Of a stretch of DNA of 48,452 nt, positions 13,577-23,074 are shown piece by piece. Numbering within the stretch: the first letter of the stretch is position 1; each line of letters opens with the position of its first letter. Position numbers and translations under genes: made by a program. Source of the DNA: a virus (taxonomy: Duplodnaviria; Heunggongvirae; Uroviricota; Caudoviricetes); the IMG/VR virus record IMGVR_UViG_2718218453_000005. One strand, written 5' to 3'. The notes below the pieces were generated by a model. The model did no database searches. It saw only the letters and a list, made by a program, of their open reading frames with translations, and was not told the origin of the DNA.

Positions 13577-14346
13577 CTACACACACTGATCCTGAAAATA
13601 CTGGTCATCCAGTGCAAAGATCACTGCTTCAAACTCATCGCGCTCAATCAATACCGGATGAGTGGCTAAATATTCATTTATCTCTGTCAGAGATAAAGGC
13701 AAAGGCACCCCGGTCATTCCAGCATAACGTCGGGCACGGGATATTACCGAATAGGCGTACAACAATTCCTTAAGCACCGGGTCTATTTCTGGTTCCGGTA
13801 TCGGTGGCAACCTGAGTTTTTCTCGCTTCCATCTTGCCTTTTCCCCCCTTTCTCCCCCGAACTCCGATAACCACCGCTGGGCGGCTATGGCTTTTTTATC
13901 GTATCCTGCTTCTGCTGCTCTTTACCCTGGGCGATGCTGGCTGCTTCTGCAAGGATCTGCCAGTACAACTCTGGATTCTGCTTAAGCAGCGCGATCCCTC
14001 GTTCTGGCGTATATTCCAGTGCAACCTCAGCACCATTAACCAGTTCACCAACCCCTTTCCAGTCTTTCAGCAGATAACGAGCAGCATTATCAATGAGTAA
14101 ATCATCAACAGAATCTACCTCGGAAACCTTTGAAATATCAAACTCCTTCGTTCCGACGTGCAAACTGGCATCCATTTTCTCAATGTGACGACGGATTAAT
14201 GCATTACGGGAGCGATACTGATCGTTATCGCTGCTTGCCACCAACAGTTTTAACCCGTCTACAGGTTTTAAGTCCTTCATTGGCGTAAACCAGCGTTCTC
14301 CACCGATGATAATTTTCTGATTAAGAATAAACATACATAACCTCAT
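13577..14346 (-). CDS. tail assembly chaperone GT (predicted -1 frameshift fusion product)
   Basis: -1 frame is open from the slippery site at the end of G through ORF 13577..13810; arrangement identical to lambda G/GT. Confidence 0.6.
13885..14346 (-). CDS. tail assembly chaperone G
   Basis: 153 aa acidic protein immediately upstream of tape measure; alternative ATG at 14334 with GAGG SD. Confidence 0.75.
   Translation of the reverse strand: MRLCMFILNQKIIIGGERWFTPMKDLKPVDGLKLLVASSDNDQYRSRNALIRRHIEKMDASLHVGTKEFDISKVSEVDSVDDLLIDNAARYLLKDWKGVGELVNGAEVALEYTPERGIALLKQNPELYWQILAEAASIAQGKEQQKQDTIKKP
13891..13897 (-). other. programmed -1 ribosomal frameshift slippery heptamer A_AAA_AAG
   Basis: minus strand reads ATA AAA AAG CCA TAG at the end of G; canonical dnaX-type heptamer two codons before the G stop. 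Confidence 0.6.
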
Positions 14347-14394
14347 TCAATGCGTCCCCCTGTAGTGCAGTACCACAGGGGGAATAACGGAAAA

Positions 14395-15357
14395 TCAACT
14401 AATCGCATCAGCACTGGCTTTTGCGATCACGGCAGTTGGGGAGCATTTTTTTCTGGTTATCGTAGGTGCTTCATCTGCTGCGGTAATGCTCAATTGAACC
14501 TGGATAATGTCGCTATTACCCCCATCAGGCCATTCACCTGACACCTGAACCTTCGGGAAACTGAAAGTGTATGCCCCCTCTCCATTCGAAAGCGTGAAGC
14601 TGAACGGAACTGTTTCTCCAGTCAGTGTTTTACTCCAGATTTCCCACGCGGCTTTAGACCATGAAAGCGTCACCGTACCGGACGGTGTAAAAGTAGTCGG
14701 AATATTTGCTCCTGCATAAGGCGAGCCAGTCCCGATACAACGCTGTGTCTGGAGTTTGTTATCGAACTGAATATCAAAACTGTCGATACAAAAACCGTTA
14801 CCTCCGGCAACACCATTCAGGCTTACTGCTGAAACCTCCTTAAACGAATAACGTAGCTTTCCTGCACTATCCACAGGTTCGCCTTTGATAAAATTCGTAT
14901 CATCGGCCTTTGATTCCCAGTCCAGTCCGGCAAAGGTTACGGTCGCTGTAATATCGCCGTCGTTAGGGATCTGCATTTTCCATGAGCCAACCTGCGCTCC
15001 TCTGACGACAGAGGCAATTCCGACATCGGACGCATAGGTCGCCAGAGAAAATGTTATTCGCTCATTCCCCATTGTCAGAGAATCGCCTGACCATTCCGCG
15101 CCGAAACAGGATGCAAGAAAATCATCATGTTGACCCCAGCGAAATTTGGTACCAACATCACCGCCGACATCCACAGTGCCAGGCGTCGCCCCCTGAGCCA
15201 TCCGGGAGCCACCAATCTCATTATTTTCGCCTTTATTCTGGGTGAGTTTTACTCCCCAGCTTGTGCGTTTTAATAAACTCCAGTCACCACTTGCTGGCGT
15301 AGTGCCTGCAACCGTCTCCCGGATAAATGCCGAGATAACCTTTGCACCTGAACTCAC
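14395..15357 (-). CDS. major tail tube protein
   Basis: 320 aa, position upstream of G/GT, Gly/Thr/Ser-rich beta-type composition. Confidence 0.7.
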   Translation of the reverse strand: MSSGAKVISAFIRETVAGTTPASGDWSLLKRTSWGVKLTQNKGENNEIGGSRMAQGATPGTVDVGGDVGTKFRWGQHDDFLASCFGAEWSGDSLTMGNERITFSLATYASDVGIASVVRGAQVGSWKMQIPNDGDITATVTFAGLDWESKADDTNFIKGEPVDSAGKLRYSFKEVSAVSLNGVAGGNGFCIDSFDIQFDNKLQTQRCIGTGSPYAGANIPTTFTPSGTVTLSWSKAAWEIWSKTLTGETVPFSFTLSNGEGAYTFSFPKVQVSGEWPDGGNSDIIQVQLSITAADEAPTITRKKCSPTAVIAKASADAIS

Positions 15358-15383
15358 AGGAGCCTCCTATGTCATTAATTGCG

Positions 15384-15776
15384 CTAGAGCGCGCGATATG
15401 GAATTTGAAGATTAAGCTGGAACCAGCCATTCTTTTCGCCGACGGCTATTGAGGAAACAGCCTGGTAACTGAGACGATCGTCATCCTGAAACTCAAACAG
15501 TTCCCGCAATTTATCGGCTGTCTCAGTAATGAGTTTTGAACCAGAACCTGCGGGGACAAATAACTGAATAATGATTATCCCCGTGCGATAAACAACCGGC
15601 CCCGCGCCAATTTCATTAACTCCAGCCTGCCCGGGAATATTACTTAACCGCGCCCAGATTAACTTACCGGAAGGATCGAACGTTGGCCCGTTCGGATACA
15701 ATACGTCTTTTCCATCAATAATCGTCTGTGCCGTCATTCTGGAAATAACCGTATTTCTGATTTCAGTAAACTTCAT
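15384..15776 (-). CDS. tail terminator protein (lambda U-like)
   Basis: 130 aa, N-terminus MKFTEIRNTV resembles lambda U MKHTELRAAV; position before tail tube gene. Confidence 0.55.
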   Translation of the reverse strand: MKFTEIRNTVISRMTAQTIIDGKDVLYPNGPTFDPSGKLIWARLSNIPGQAGVNEIGAGPVVYRTGIIIIQLFVPAGSGSKLITETADKLRELFEFQDDDRLSYQAVSSIAVGEKNGWFQLNLQIPYRAL

Positions 15777-16153
15777 TTGTAAGCCTGTAAAACACCATGA
15801 AAAGCGTTGGCATACACGCCAGTTGGCGCTTGTTGTGAATGACCGTTTTCAAGAGCCTCTGCATAAGGAAGGTTATTCTGGATATAAATAACCCCGTAAT
15901 TTGCAGCTTTCGAAATAACCCCGATCCCACGCTGAACAGCAATCGTACCGTTCGGATCCACGTTATCAGATATACCAAAATCGGGATGCTGTAACGACAC
16001 CAGGTTGTTATTTCTGAAACGTCCGGTATCAACCGGAGCAGCAATATCAATAGCAGTAAGAATCTGCATAGCGATGTAGCGAATCTTCAGCCCTACATCT
16101 TCCTCAATCATCCCGGCAAATATTGACGGTTCTATATCCCATGCCTTTGCCAT
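15773..16153 (-). CDS. tail completion protein (Z / HK97 gp10-like)
   Basis: 126 aa, 4-nt overlap with downstream gene, position equivalent to lambda Z. Confidence 0.55.
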   Translation of the reverse strand: MAKAWDIEPSIFAGMIEEDVGLKIRYIAMQILTAIDIAAPVDTGRFRNNNLVSLQHPDFGISDNVDPNGTIAVQRGIGVISKAANYGVIYIQNNLPYAEALENGHSQQAPTGVYANAFHGVLQAYK

Positions 16154-16537
16154 TTACGCTCTCCTTAACTGGATAGAGTAAACTGATGCGGAAGGATCTA
16201 CACTTGCTGTAATTACCTCGTATCGTTGTAACTGCCTTGATACAGGATCATAAATCTCAATAATATGGTCGACAGCTGGTTTATCCGTAACCTCGCATAC
16301 CAGAGCGGTTAATTTAAGGTCACCATGCAAAATATTAATCCCATCAATTCTGCCCAGCTTATAACGTGTCAACACGCCTCGCCCGGTATAGATTGCGGTG
16401 GATTCGCCGCCAGTTTCCGTCACAGGATCCCAGTGCCGGTGCGTAACGTAAGAACCAGAAAAATCACTCACGGCGTCCGCTAAATCCTCATCAAAAGCAG
16501 CGGCAACCTCTGACTGAATCTCTTCACGAAGCCCCAT
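16154..16537 (-). CDS. head-tail joining protein (FII-like position)
   Basis: 127 aa ORF tightly packed in head-tail connector block. Confidence 0.5.
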   Translation of the reverse strand: MGLREEIQSEVAAAFDEDLADAVSDFSGSYVTHRHWDPVTETGGESTAIYTGRGVLTRYKLGRIDGINILHGDLKLTALVCEVTDKPAVDHIIEIYDPVSRQLQRYEVITASVDPSASVYSIQLRRA

Positions 16538-16932
16538 TATCCCCCCCTCACAACCCTGACTTGTGAGCGACTAAGTCCGTACGGTTTCAGCAGTGCTATC
16601 GCAAGCTGTAAATCGGGTTCAAGCAATGCAGTGCTGTTTGCTGGCAACTCAGAAAATGATTTCGATACACTGACCCCATCAGCCGACACGGCTTTACTGA
16701 TAACAACGCCAGAATCATTTTTCTGCTGAAACAACTTACCGAATGAGGCAATTCTGGCTGCATATGCTCCCGCAAGTTTTACCTCTTCCGGAATACGGGA
16801 TGGGTTAATTTTCAGGTTGAAGCCATTAAGCCAGGCATTAGCCATTAAAACAGCTTTATTTTTAGCGTTCTCACTCGTCCAGGCGTTCCCAAACGCATTA
16901 TCAACGTCATCACAGGTCACGTAAGTGATCAT
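16537..16932 (-). CDS. head-tail connector / adaptor protein
   Basis: 131 aa, CAGGAG SD, start overlaps stop of upstream small ORF. Confidence 0.5.
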   Translation of the reverse strand: MITYVTCDDVDNAFGNAWTSENAKNKAVLMANAWLNGFNLKINPSRIPEEVKLAGAYAARIASFGKLFQQKNDSGVVISKAVSADGVSVSKSFSELPANSTALLEPDLQLAIALLKPYGLSRSQVRVVRGG

Positions 16933-16935
16933 GTG

Positions 16936-17112
16936 TTACTCCTGAGTTTTCCAGCCCATAGCCTTCCAGTTGTCAACTTCATCAGGATGAACATTAGCGA
17001 TAGTTGGTGCGCCGGGAAACATCTGATAATCGGTCACCATAACCACTAACTCAATTTGCGTTTTTTGTGCGGCTTCACGCTGTGCTCTTTGCTCTTTAGT
17101 TAATCCGGCCAT
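16936..17112 (-). CDS. small hypothetical protein (58 aa) between capsid and connector genes
   Basis: my translation MAGLTKEQRAQREAAQKTQIELVVMVTDYQMFPGAPTIANVHPDEVDNWKAMGWKTQE; G-rich SD; stop 3 nt before next ATG; below ORF-track size cutoff. Confidence 0.45.
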   Translation of the reverse strand: MAGLTKEQRAQREAAQKTQIELVVMVTDYQMFPGAPTIANVHPDEVDNWKAMGWKTQE

Positions 17113-17119
17113 ATGCCCC

Positions 17120-17144
17120 CCATTAAAAATGGGGCCGAAGCCCC
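17120..17144 (-). terminator. rho-independent terminator after major capsid gene
   Basis: minus strand GGGGC-TTCG-GCCCC followed by ATTTTTAAT, 10 nt downstream of capsid stop. Confidence 0.6.
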
Positions 17145-17154
17145 GTTTGAATGT

Positions 17155-18294
17155 TTAACCAAGAATCAGACAACCATGTGCCGGCTTCACTGATGAAACA
17201 CCCCATGCCAGTCCAACTTCATAGCGCACCTGGCGATACTGACGATACAGTGCAATCTGGAACGTAATCCCTGAAATCGGGTCCGTAACATTCATTACAT
17301 CATCAGCATTATCGCCACCTTCCGGCATTGCCGGAGTACGGGATGCCAGCAGAAACGCGTTGCGATCAAACGCCATATTTGCAGTAAAGGCCCCAACAAC
17401 TGTGATGGCAGTATCATCGGCCAGATCCTGACGCAGTCCGGGCGCTGCAAGAGTAATCAGATTGCTGGTCGCTGCTGCCACAACATACTGATTCGGATCA
17501 CCAGCGAACGTAACAATCTGACCTGCAGAAATACTCCCCGAACCAGTATCAATGGAAATAAGAACATCGCCTTCTTTTTTCTCTCCATTCACGAGATAAC
17601 CAGTTGCAGCAACCTTTGGCGCTCGTTTCACACCTGCCGAACTGTGAATATTGAATCCCTCCAGACGCCCCAACACGCCCTCACGCAGTAGCTGTTCAGT
17701 GCCGGATTCATTCACTTTAAACAATACAGACTGTTTTCCGCGCAAATTAGCAATGGCAGTGGAGCCAAGCACCATCTGCAGATCGGTTGTCGGTGCGCCG
17801 TTATCCTCCAGAACCTGACGAGCCAGAGCAGCATCAGAAAGATCATCTTTAACACCAAACGGCGTTGTCCCTGCGGTTCCCACGGCGCGGGAAGCACCGA
17901 AATACAACGCACCAAGATCAGCCTCAACCTCGTTTGCAAGGGCGCGAAAAGCCTGCTTGAACTGATCAGCCAGAATGGTGTTGTAAGTCCCTGAAGGGCC
18001 AAGAGCCAGTTGTTCTTCACCATTCCATTTAACCGGTGCCATTTTGGATTTAGTAATTTTTACATCAACAGTGCCAATATTTTGATCACCGGTATTCGGA
18101 GCTGACGGCCCCGGTACGATATCTTCGGTTTTCGCCTCAGGCGCAACTGGCGCGGTTACCGTCTGATCTTTTGCTGCGGCGTCAGCTTTTGCGTTTTTTG
18201 CTACCGCAGGGATAAAACCTACCTGCTCACGGGATACAACATCCAGGGCGGTATAAATAGTCGGGATCAACCCGGTCAGGGTATTTCCAGCCAT
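17155..18294 (-). CDS. major capsid protein
   Basis: ORF 17155..18387 trimmed to first ATG (MAGNTLTGL...); upstream M is TTG; follows scaffold gene; terminator after it. Confidence 0.8.
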   Translation of the reverse strand: MAGNTLTGLIPTIYTALDVVSREQVGFIPAVAKNAKADAAAKDQTVTAPVAPEAKTEDIVPGPSAPNTGDQNIGTVDVKITKSKMAPVKWNGEEQLALGPSGTYNTILADQFKQAFRALANEVEADLGALYFGASRAVGTAGTTPFGVKDDLSDAALARQVLEDNGAPTTDLQMVLGSTAIANLRGKQSVLFKVNESGTEQLLREGVLGRLEGFNIHSSAGVKRAPKVAATGYLVNGEKKEGDVLISIDTGSGSISAGQIVTFAGDPNQYVVAAATSNLITLAAPGLRQDLADDTAITVVGAFTANMAFDRNAFLLASRTPAMPEGGDNADDVMNVTDPISGITFQIALYRQYRQVRYEVGLAWGVSSVKPAHGCLILG

Positions 18295-18392
18295 AATTAA
18301 ATATTCCTTAAAAATTTGCGTAATTGTGAATAGATGGAGTAATGAGCTATCCAGCCCTGACACCAGCTCCCATCCGGAAGCTGACAAATGTG

Positions 18393-19157
18393 TTAATCAA
18401 CGATTGTGATACCGTCTTTCAATGCGTTTTGCTTACCTGCAACATCCAGTGCATCAAAAGCAGAGCGTTTCATCGTTTTCTGACCAATATCATGCTGTGT
18501 CGGACGGGAGCCGCCGCCATTGTTGCCACTGGCTTTCAGGATGTAGTCTTTCTGAGGGTAATTTTCGACAAGGAACTCCAGCGCCTCATCAAACTGCGCC
18601 AGTTCGCCAGGCTTCGCGCGGGAATAAATTTTGTTGCCGGAAGCGTCATAAGCAACGATCCTCCCTTCTTCCACTTTGAATGCCTGCCCGAAGCGGGCTT
18701 GTAATAAATCTGCCGGGATCGCAATTTTATCGGCAATATATTTTGAACCCGCAAAACTACCGCCAATCATAGAATCGTAAAGCTGCTTCTCCAGCATCTG
18801 AGAGCGTTGCTTTTCTTCATCTAATTGCTGCTGAAAATTTTTCGTAATTTCTGCCTTAACCTGGTCAACCTGTCCCGCATCGAGCAGCTTTTTCTGGTCG
18901 ATTTTTGACAGCATTTCCAGTGCCTCGATCGCCTTCTTCGGGTCTTCGATAGCGGCAAACTTAGCCAGTTTTTCCTCTGCAGCTTCTTTAGCCAGGCGAT
19001 GATTTTTTGCCTCGCCATTAAGCTCTGTAATTTTTTTTGTCGCCAGCGGTGCATCGAAGCCAATTTCTTTACCATCGTCGTGCACATAAACTGGCAGGCC
19101 AGCAGTATCAATTTCTGCGTATTGTTTTCCGTTAATCTCGACCGTTTTCAGTTTCAT
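18393..19157 (-). CDS. head scaffolding protein
   Basis: trimmed to ATG at MKLKTVEINGK...; acidic, coiled-coil-rich; upstream part of ORF contains a terminator hairpin so cannot be coding. Confidence 0.7.
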   Translation of the reverse strand: MKLKTVEINGKQYAEIDTAGLPVYVHDDGKEIGFDAPLATKKITELNGEAKNHRLAKEAAEEKLAKFAAIEDPKKAIEALEMLSKIDQKKLLDAGQVDQVKAEITKNFQQQLDEEKQRSQMLEKQLYDSMIGGSFAGSKYIADKIAIPADLLQARFGQAFKVEEGRIVAYDASGNKIYSRAKPGELAQFDEALEFLVENYPQKDYILKASGNNGGGSRPTQHDIGQKTMKRSAFDALDVAGKQNALKDGITIVD

Positions 19158-19214
19158 ATTAGTACCTGGTTTAAGTCTTCCGACAGTAACGCTGCTCACC
19201 ATCCGGATCGCAGC

Positions 19215-19241
19215 AATAAAAAAGGCCACCCGAAGGTAGCC
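19215..19241 (-). terminator. rho-independent terminator after head morphogenesis gene
   Basis: minus strand GGCTACC-TTCG-GGTGGCC followed by TTTTTTATT. Confidence 0.55.
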
Positions 19242-19261
19242 TGTTGTAATAAATGATTTAT

Positions 19262-20377
19262 TTAAATCCCTGCTTTTCTGAATACCTGTGCATCACGCTC
19301 ACGGAGCTGCTTCAGCGTCAGCCATTCGCCTTTATCGGTGTAAAATTCATCTGGCGACATACCACCATCCCGAATCAGCTTTGCTCGGGTTTCCCCCACA
19401 ATCTGTTTTTGTCTGGTGTAAGGCTGACGCAAAAACCATTCCCTGTAGGTTGTATCTCCGGCCACCACGCCATCCATGCTGGCCCGCTCAGCCGGGGAAA
19501 TATCGCGAACATCAATACCCAGTTCCTTCGCTGATTTCAGAATGAACGTTTCCGTTGAGCGGCAGCAGAAATGAATTTTTCCCGGCCCCTGCAAATAAGG
19601 CACGCTGTGACCTACAGGTTTATTATTCAGCGTATATTTGAGGCGATCCCTGATTCGACATTGTGGCGTAGTACGATTATCAAGCGTTGATAACCATTGC
19701 TTACCCTTAATCAAATCATTATTCGCGCTGGCAAAACTCTCACGGGCAGTAGCAGCAAGATGTCCAACCGCTGTTTTTGCAATGCTGGCCGCATTAGCCC
19801 GGCTCATCTGCAATGCACCATCCTGAAATCCCTTACTGACATGTCCCCGAATTTTTCTTGCGATCTGCTCATTGGTATCCCCCAGCAAAAAACCCTGACG
19901 CACTGTATTTGTTATGCGTCTGAGCCGATCCGCCTCAAGATCTGAGGCCCACTCACTGAGCAGTCGTCCCTGGAATGGTCGCGCCATTGCAGCGGCATAA
20001 AGTGCATCAGGAGAGATACCAACCAGAGGGTGAACATCAGCAACAAAATCAGGTAGCATAGAATCAAACAGACTTAACTGATAACCAGCCTCATAAATTG
20101 CCAGCTCGTTCAGCTCTCCGGAGAGACTGGTAAACATGCTGTTAATAGCAGTGCGGTTAACCTCTCTGACGCTCGCCAGAAGTGACTCCAGGCGCTTAAC
20201 GGTAAAACTACCTGGATCGAGGCTGTCCAGTGCTATCAGCAGGCGAGCAGTAAGTTCCGCATCGCTGTCATTCAGTATTTTCACCATTCTGGCAGCCACG
20301 CCAGTGCTATAGCGGGATATCCAGACTGCATGAGCAATTGATTCATCACGCAGCCGTTCATTCACGGTTTGCATCAT
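19262..20377 (-). CDS. head morphogenesis protein (MuF / SPP1 gp7-like minor head protein)
   Basis: 371 aa directly after portal with 20-nt overlap; composition and position typical of MuF-like proteins. Confidence 0.6.
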   Translation of the reverse strand: MMQTVNERLRDESIAHAVWISRYSTGVAARMVKILNDSDAELTARLLIALDSLDPGSFTVKRLESLLASVREVNRTAINSMFTSLSGELNELAIYEAGYQLSLFDSMLPDFVADVHPLVGISPDALYAAAMARPFQGRLLSEWASDLEADRLRRITNTVRQGFLLGDTNEQIARKIRGHVSKGFQDGALQMSRANAASIAKTAVGHLAATARESFASANNDLIKGKQWLSTLDNRTTPQCRIRDRLKYTLNNKPVGHSVPYLQGPGKIHFCCRSTETFILKSAKELGIDVRDISPAERASMDGVVAGDTTYREWFLRQPYTRQKQIVGETRAKLIRDGGMSPDEFYTDKGEWLTLKQLRERDAQVFRKAGI

Positions 20378-21764
20378 TGATTTCCATCAGCATTACACTC
20401 TGATTTTTTAATTCATCGATCACTTCCTCTGGACGGGAATCCTGATCGATAAATTTCAACGCCTGCAACACCCGAACCGCATCAATCTGACGTATATCAC
20501 CGCCCTGACGCAATGACTGAACAGCCAGCGCGGAGGATGAGTCAAACACCTGGGCAGATACATCCAGTTCAGTGCGCACATCCACATTGCCACCGCAACT
20601 CTCTCCGATCCATTCCGCCATTATCTGGAGAATATTATCGAGGGCATCTTCGAGGGAGTTCGCCATTGTATAAAGCGGCGAGTTTTCCTGCATTCGCTCT
20701 TCATTAGTCTGATCAACAGATTTGGTGGATGTATTTTCAGCACGCAGAAGTTTAGCGCCGGCATGACGCATCTGATTTTCCAGCTTCTCAAGTGATGTTT
20801 CGCCAGATTCTATCGCTGCGCCACTATGTTCAACATATTCGAGGCCATTTTTTGTTCTGTCCTCAAAAATCGTAGCGGTGGATGCACCAACCGTCAGTTC
20901 TTCATTCCTGTCCAGCCCGTAGGCCACCAGCAATGGAACGCGGGCAACATGAAGAATATTGTCCTGCTCGCTCTGGCTTTGCCAGTGCTTGATATTCAGC
21001 AAGCCAAGATTAAGCAATGGCGGTGTACCACGCATAAATCCTGTTTTCTTCGTGTACAGTGTTACCAGAGGAATATCATCACGGCTGGTATTCCATGACT
21101 CATGAAGCGTCCAGACAGATTCGCCATTAGTGCCTTCGCTACGTCGATAAATTTCAACTCGACGGGGCATAATATGGCGGATCTGCTCCACCTTCTTCTG
21201 CCCGAAATCATCACCATCAATAATGATGACCTCTTTTATACGCAAATCAGTGAGAACAACTTTCCCTTTTTCAACTTTCGATTTCCATCCAATAACCTGG
21301 CGTGGATTCAGCATCGTAACGTACGGACGACCACCGGTCGCGTTTTCATCGGCTTTTGTCCGAATCTCTTTCATATCCGTTCGTGGATAGTCCACCAGCG
21401 CATGTGCCACACCATACTGAAATGCGAGGCTGAAAAATTGCTGCGCCCACACATCCAGTCGGCTCCCCTCCATGTCGATATTTTCTGCATATTCCCTGAT
21501 TTTTGCCGGCGTTTCCTCACTCAATACTGTCGGCTCTGCAAATATGCGCCCAATATTTTGCTTGATGCTTTCTTCATACACAGGAAGTAGCGTAGCCACA
21601 GACAGGCGTTTTTTATAAGCGTCTTCATCTTCGTTAGGCCATTTTGGGAGATAATTTTCCCCCTGCCTGCGCATTTCAAGCGTACCGCCCATCAGTGCGT
21701 CGTTAATATCCCACGCCTCCAGCATATCGTTATAGTCGAGGTTGGGTGTTGATATATCAGCCAT
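20358..21764 (-). CDS. portal protein
   Basis: 468 aa directly downstream of TerL, ATG start 3 nt after TerL stop. Confidence 0.8.
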   Translation of the reverse strand: MADISTPNLDYNDMLEAWDINDALMGGTLEMRRQGENYLPKWPNEDEDAYKKRLSVATLLPVYEESIKQNIGRIFAEPTVLSEETPAKIREYAENIDMEGSRLDVWAQQFFSLAFQYGVAHALVDYPRTDMKEIRTKADENATGGRPYVTMLNPRQVIGWKSKVEKGKVVLTDLRIKEVIIIDGDDFGQKKVEQIRHIMPRRVEIYRRSEGTNGESVWTLHESWNTSRDDIPLVTLYTKKTGFMRGTPPLLNLGLLNIKHWQSQSEQDNILHVARVPLLVAYGLDRNEELTVGASTATIFEDRTKNGLEYVEHSGAAIESGETSLEKLENQMRHAGAKLLRAENTSTKSVDQTNEERMQENSPLYTMANSLEDALDNILQIMAEWIGESCGGNVDVRTELDVSAQVFDSSSALAVQSLRQGGDIRQIDAVRVLQALKFIDQDSRPEEVIDELKNQSVMLMEINDANRE

Positions 21765-21766
21765 AA

Positions 21767-23074
21767 TTAAATCCGAAGTGATGTGACTCTTCCGGTCGGT
21801 TTGACAATAGGGAATTGCTTAACGATGAAATAACCTCCGGCATCATTCGGGTGATCATTGCCAGATTTTTTATCAGGCTCCCCCTTCTCATCCCAGACCT
21901 GTTGCTCCAGAGATTCGGCATATAACGGGCAACGCTTCACATTAACTTTATAGCGACGCTCACCATTGGCATTGCAGAACATTGCATTCATTGAGTTAAC
22001 GCGATCTTTTACTGGCGGGTTCGAGCTGTTCACCACAACGTTAAAACCAGCCTGCTTAAGCTGGGCTATATCCGTCGTACTTGCGTTACTTGATTTTCTG
22101 GAATCCCCGGAAGCATCTGGATAAATATAAATTTCCCTCACTTTCCGGTAATCATTCCCATCATACAGCCAGAAGCGTTCTTTAATGATGCGGATCATAT
22201 CCGGCGTATCGTAGGCATTGATGATTTCAGTTACCGCACATGGAAGCCCCAAACGCAGCACATGGACGATTCCCGCCATCTTTCCAACGTTAAAATCCAT
22301 CCCAATATAAATCGGCTCCCCTGGCTGCTCCACTTCTTCGCAATTATTCAGTTTCCGGTCAAACTGATGGTAAACAGTACCACTTGTCAGGTTAGTAAAC
22401 TGTCCTCGAAGATAGGCTTTAATCAGCTCTGGAGGGTATGATTCAAGAAGCGAAGGAATGTAATCTGCTGGCAGGTTCTTTTCATTATCGAAAGTAGATG
22501 CCTGCACCAGACCATACAGTGAGGCCAGCTCTGTTTTTTCACGCACGGCTTTAACAAACTGCTCGTAGACAAATTTGAATCCTTCCGGCGTGGTTGTAAC
22601 GTCAATACCGTTGCGAAGTCCATCAATCTTATAACGCATACGTGCAATTATCTTGCGCCACGCCGTTCTGGCTTTTTCCTTCGGCAAAATGTCCAGTTCA
22701 TCCACCAACGCATTACCAATTTTGAAACCGACGATCGTTTGTGGCTTCTCCATCGATCTGCAGATAGTGGTTCCCCGATACTGGCGTCCGTAATAAAAGT
22801 GAACCTCTTTATTTCCCTCATTAATTTTTACGTTCAATCCCCAGTCAGCAGCAACTTCTTCCACTGTAGGGTAAAAAATATCGCGAATTTGGGGATACGT
22901 TGGCGCAAAATATCCCTGATTTATACCTGGATGCTCCCAAATCCCCTTGCATATGCCGCCACACCCAACCCATGTTTTGCCCGAGCCAAAACCAGCAATA
23001 TAGGCTTTAAATTTATGGGGCATTGAAAGAAATCGCGCCTGAGGCACATTAAGCGTCGGAGAGATCATCTTCAT
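21767..23074 (-). CDS. terminase large subunit
   Basis: Walker A-like GFGSGKT near N-terminus, acidic nuclease-type C-terminal half; first ATG at 23074 (ORF-track start 23077 is GTG). Confidence 0.85.
   Translation of the reverse strand: MKMISPTLNVPQARFLSMPHKFKAYIAGFGSGKTWVGCGGICKGIWEHPGINQGYFAPTYPQIRDIFYPTVEEVAADWGLNVKINEGNKEVHFYYGRQYRGTTICRSMEKPQTIVGFKIGNALVDELDILPKEKARTAWRKIIARMRYKIDGLRNGIDVTTTPEGFKFVYEQFVKAVREKTELASLYGLVQASTFDNEKNLPADYIPSLLESYPPELIKAYLRGQFTNLTSGTVYHQFDRKLNNCEEVEQPGEPIYIGMDFNVGKMAGIVHVLRLGLPCAVTEIINAYDTPDMIRIIKERFWLYDGNDYRKVREIYIYPDASGDSRKSSNASTTDIAQLKQAGFNVVVNSSNPPVKDRVNSMNAMFCNANGERRYKVNVKRCPLYAESLEQQVWDEKGEPDKKSGNDHPNDAGGYFIVKQFPIVKPTGRVTSLRI

Noticed and set aside
18295-18387. 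Upstream extension of the capsid ORF, and likewise the scaffold ORF extension to 19229
   Set aside because: Upstream starts are TTG/GTG; the scaffold extension contains a terminator hairpin; first ATGs give typical N-termini.
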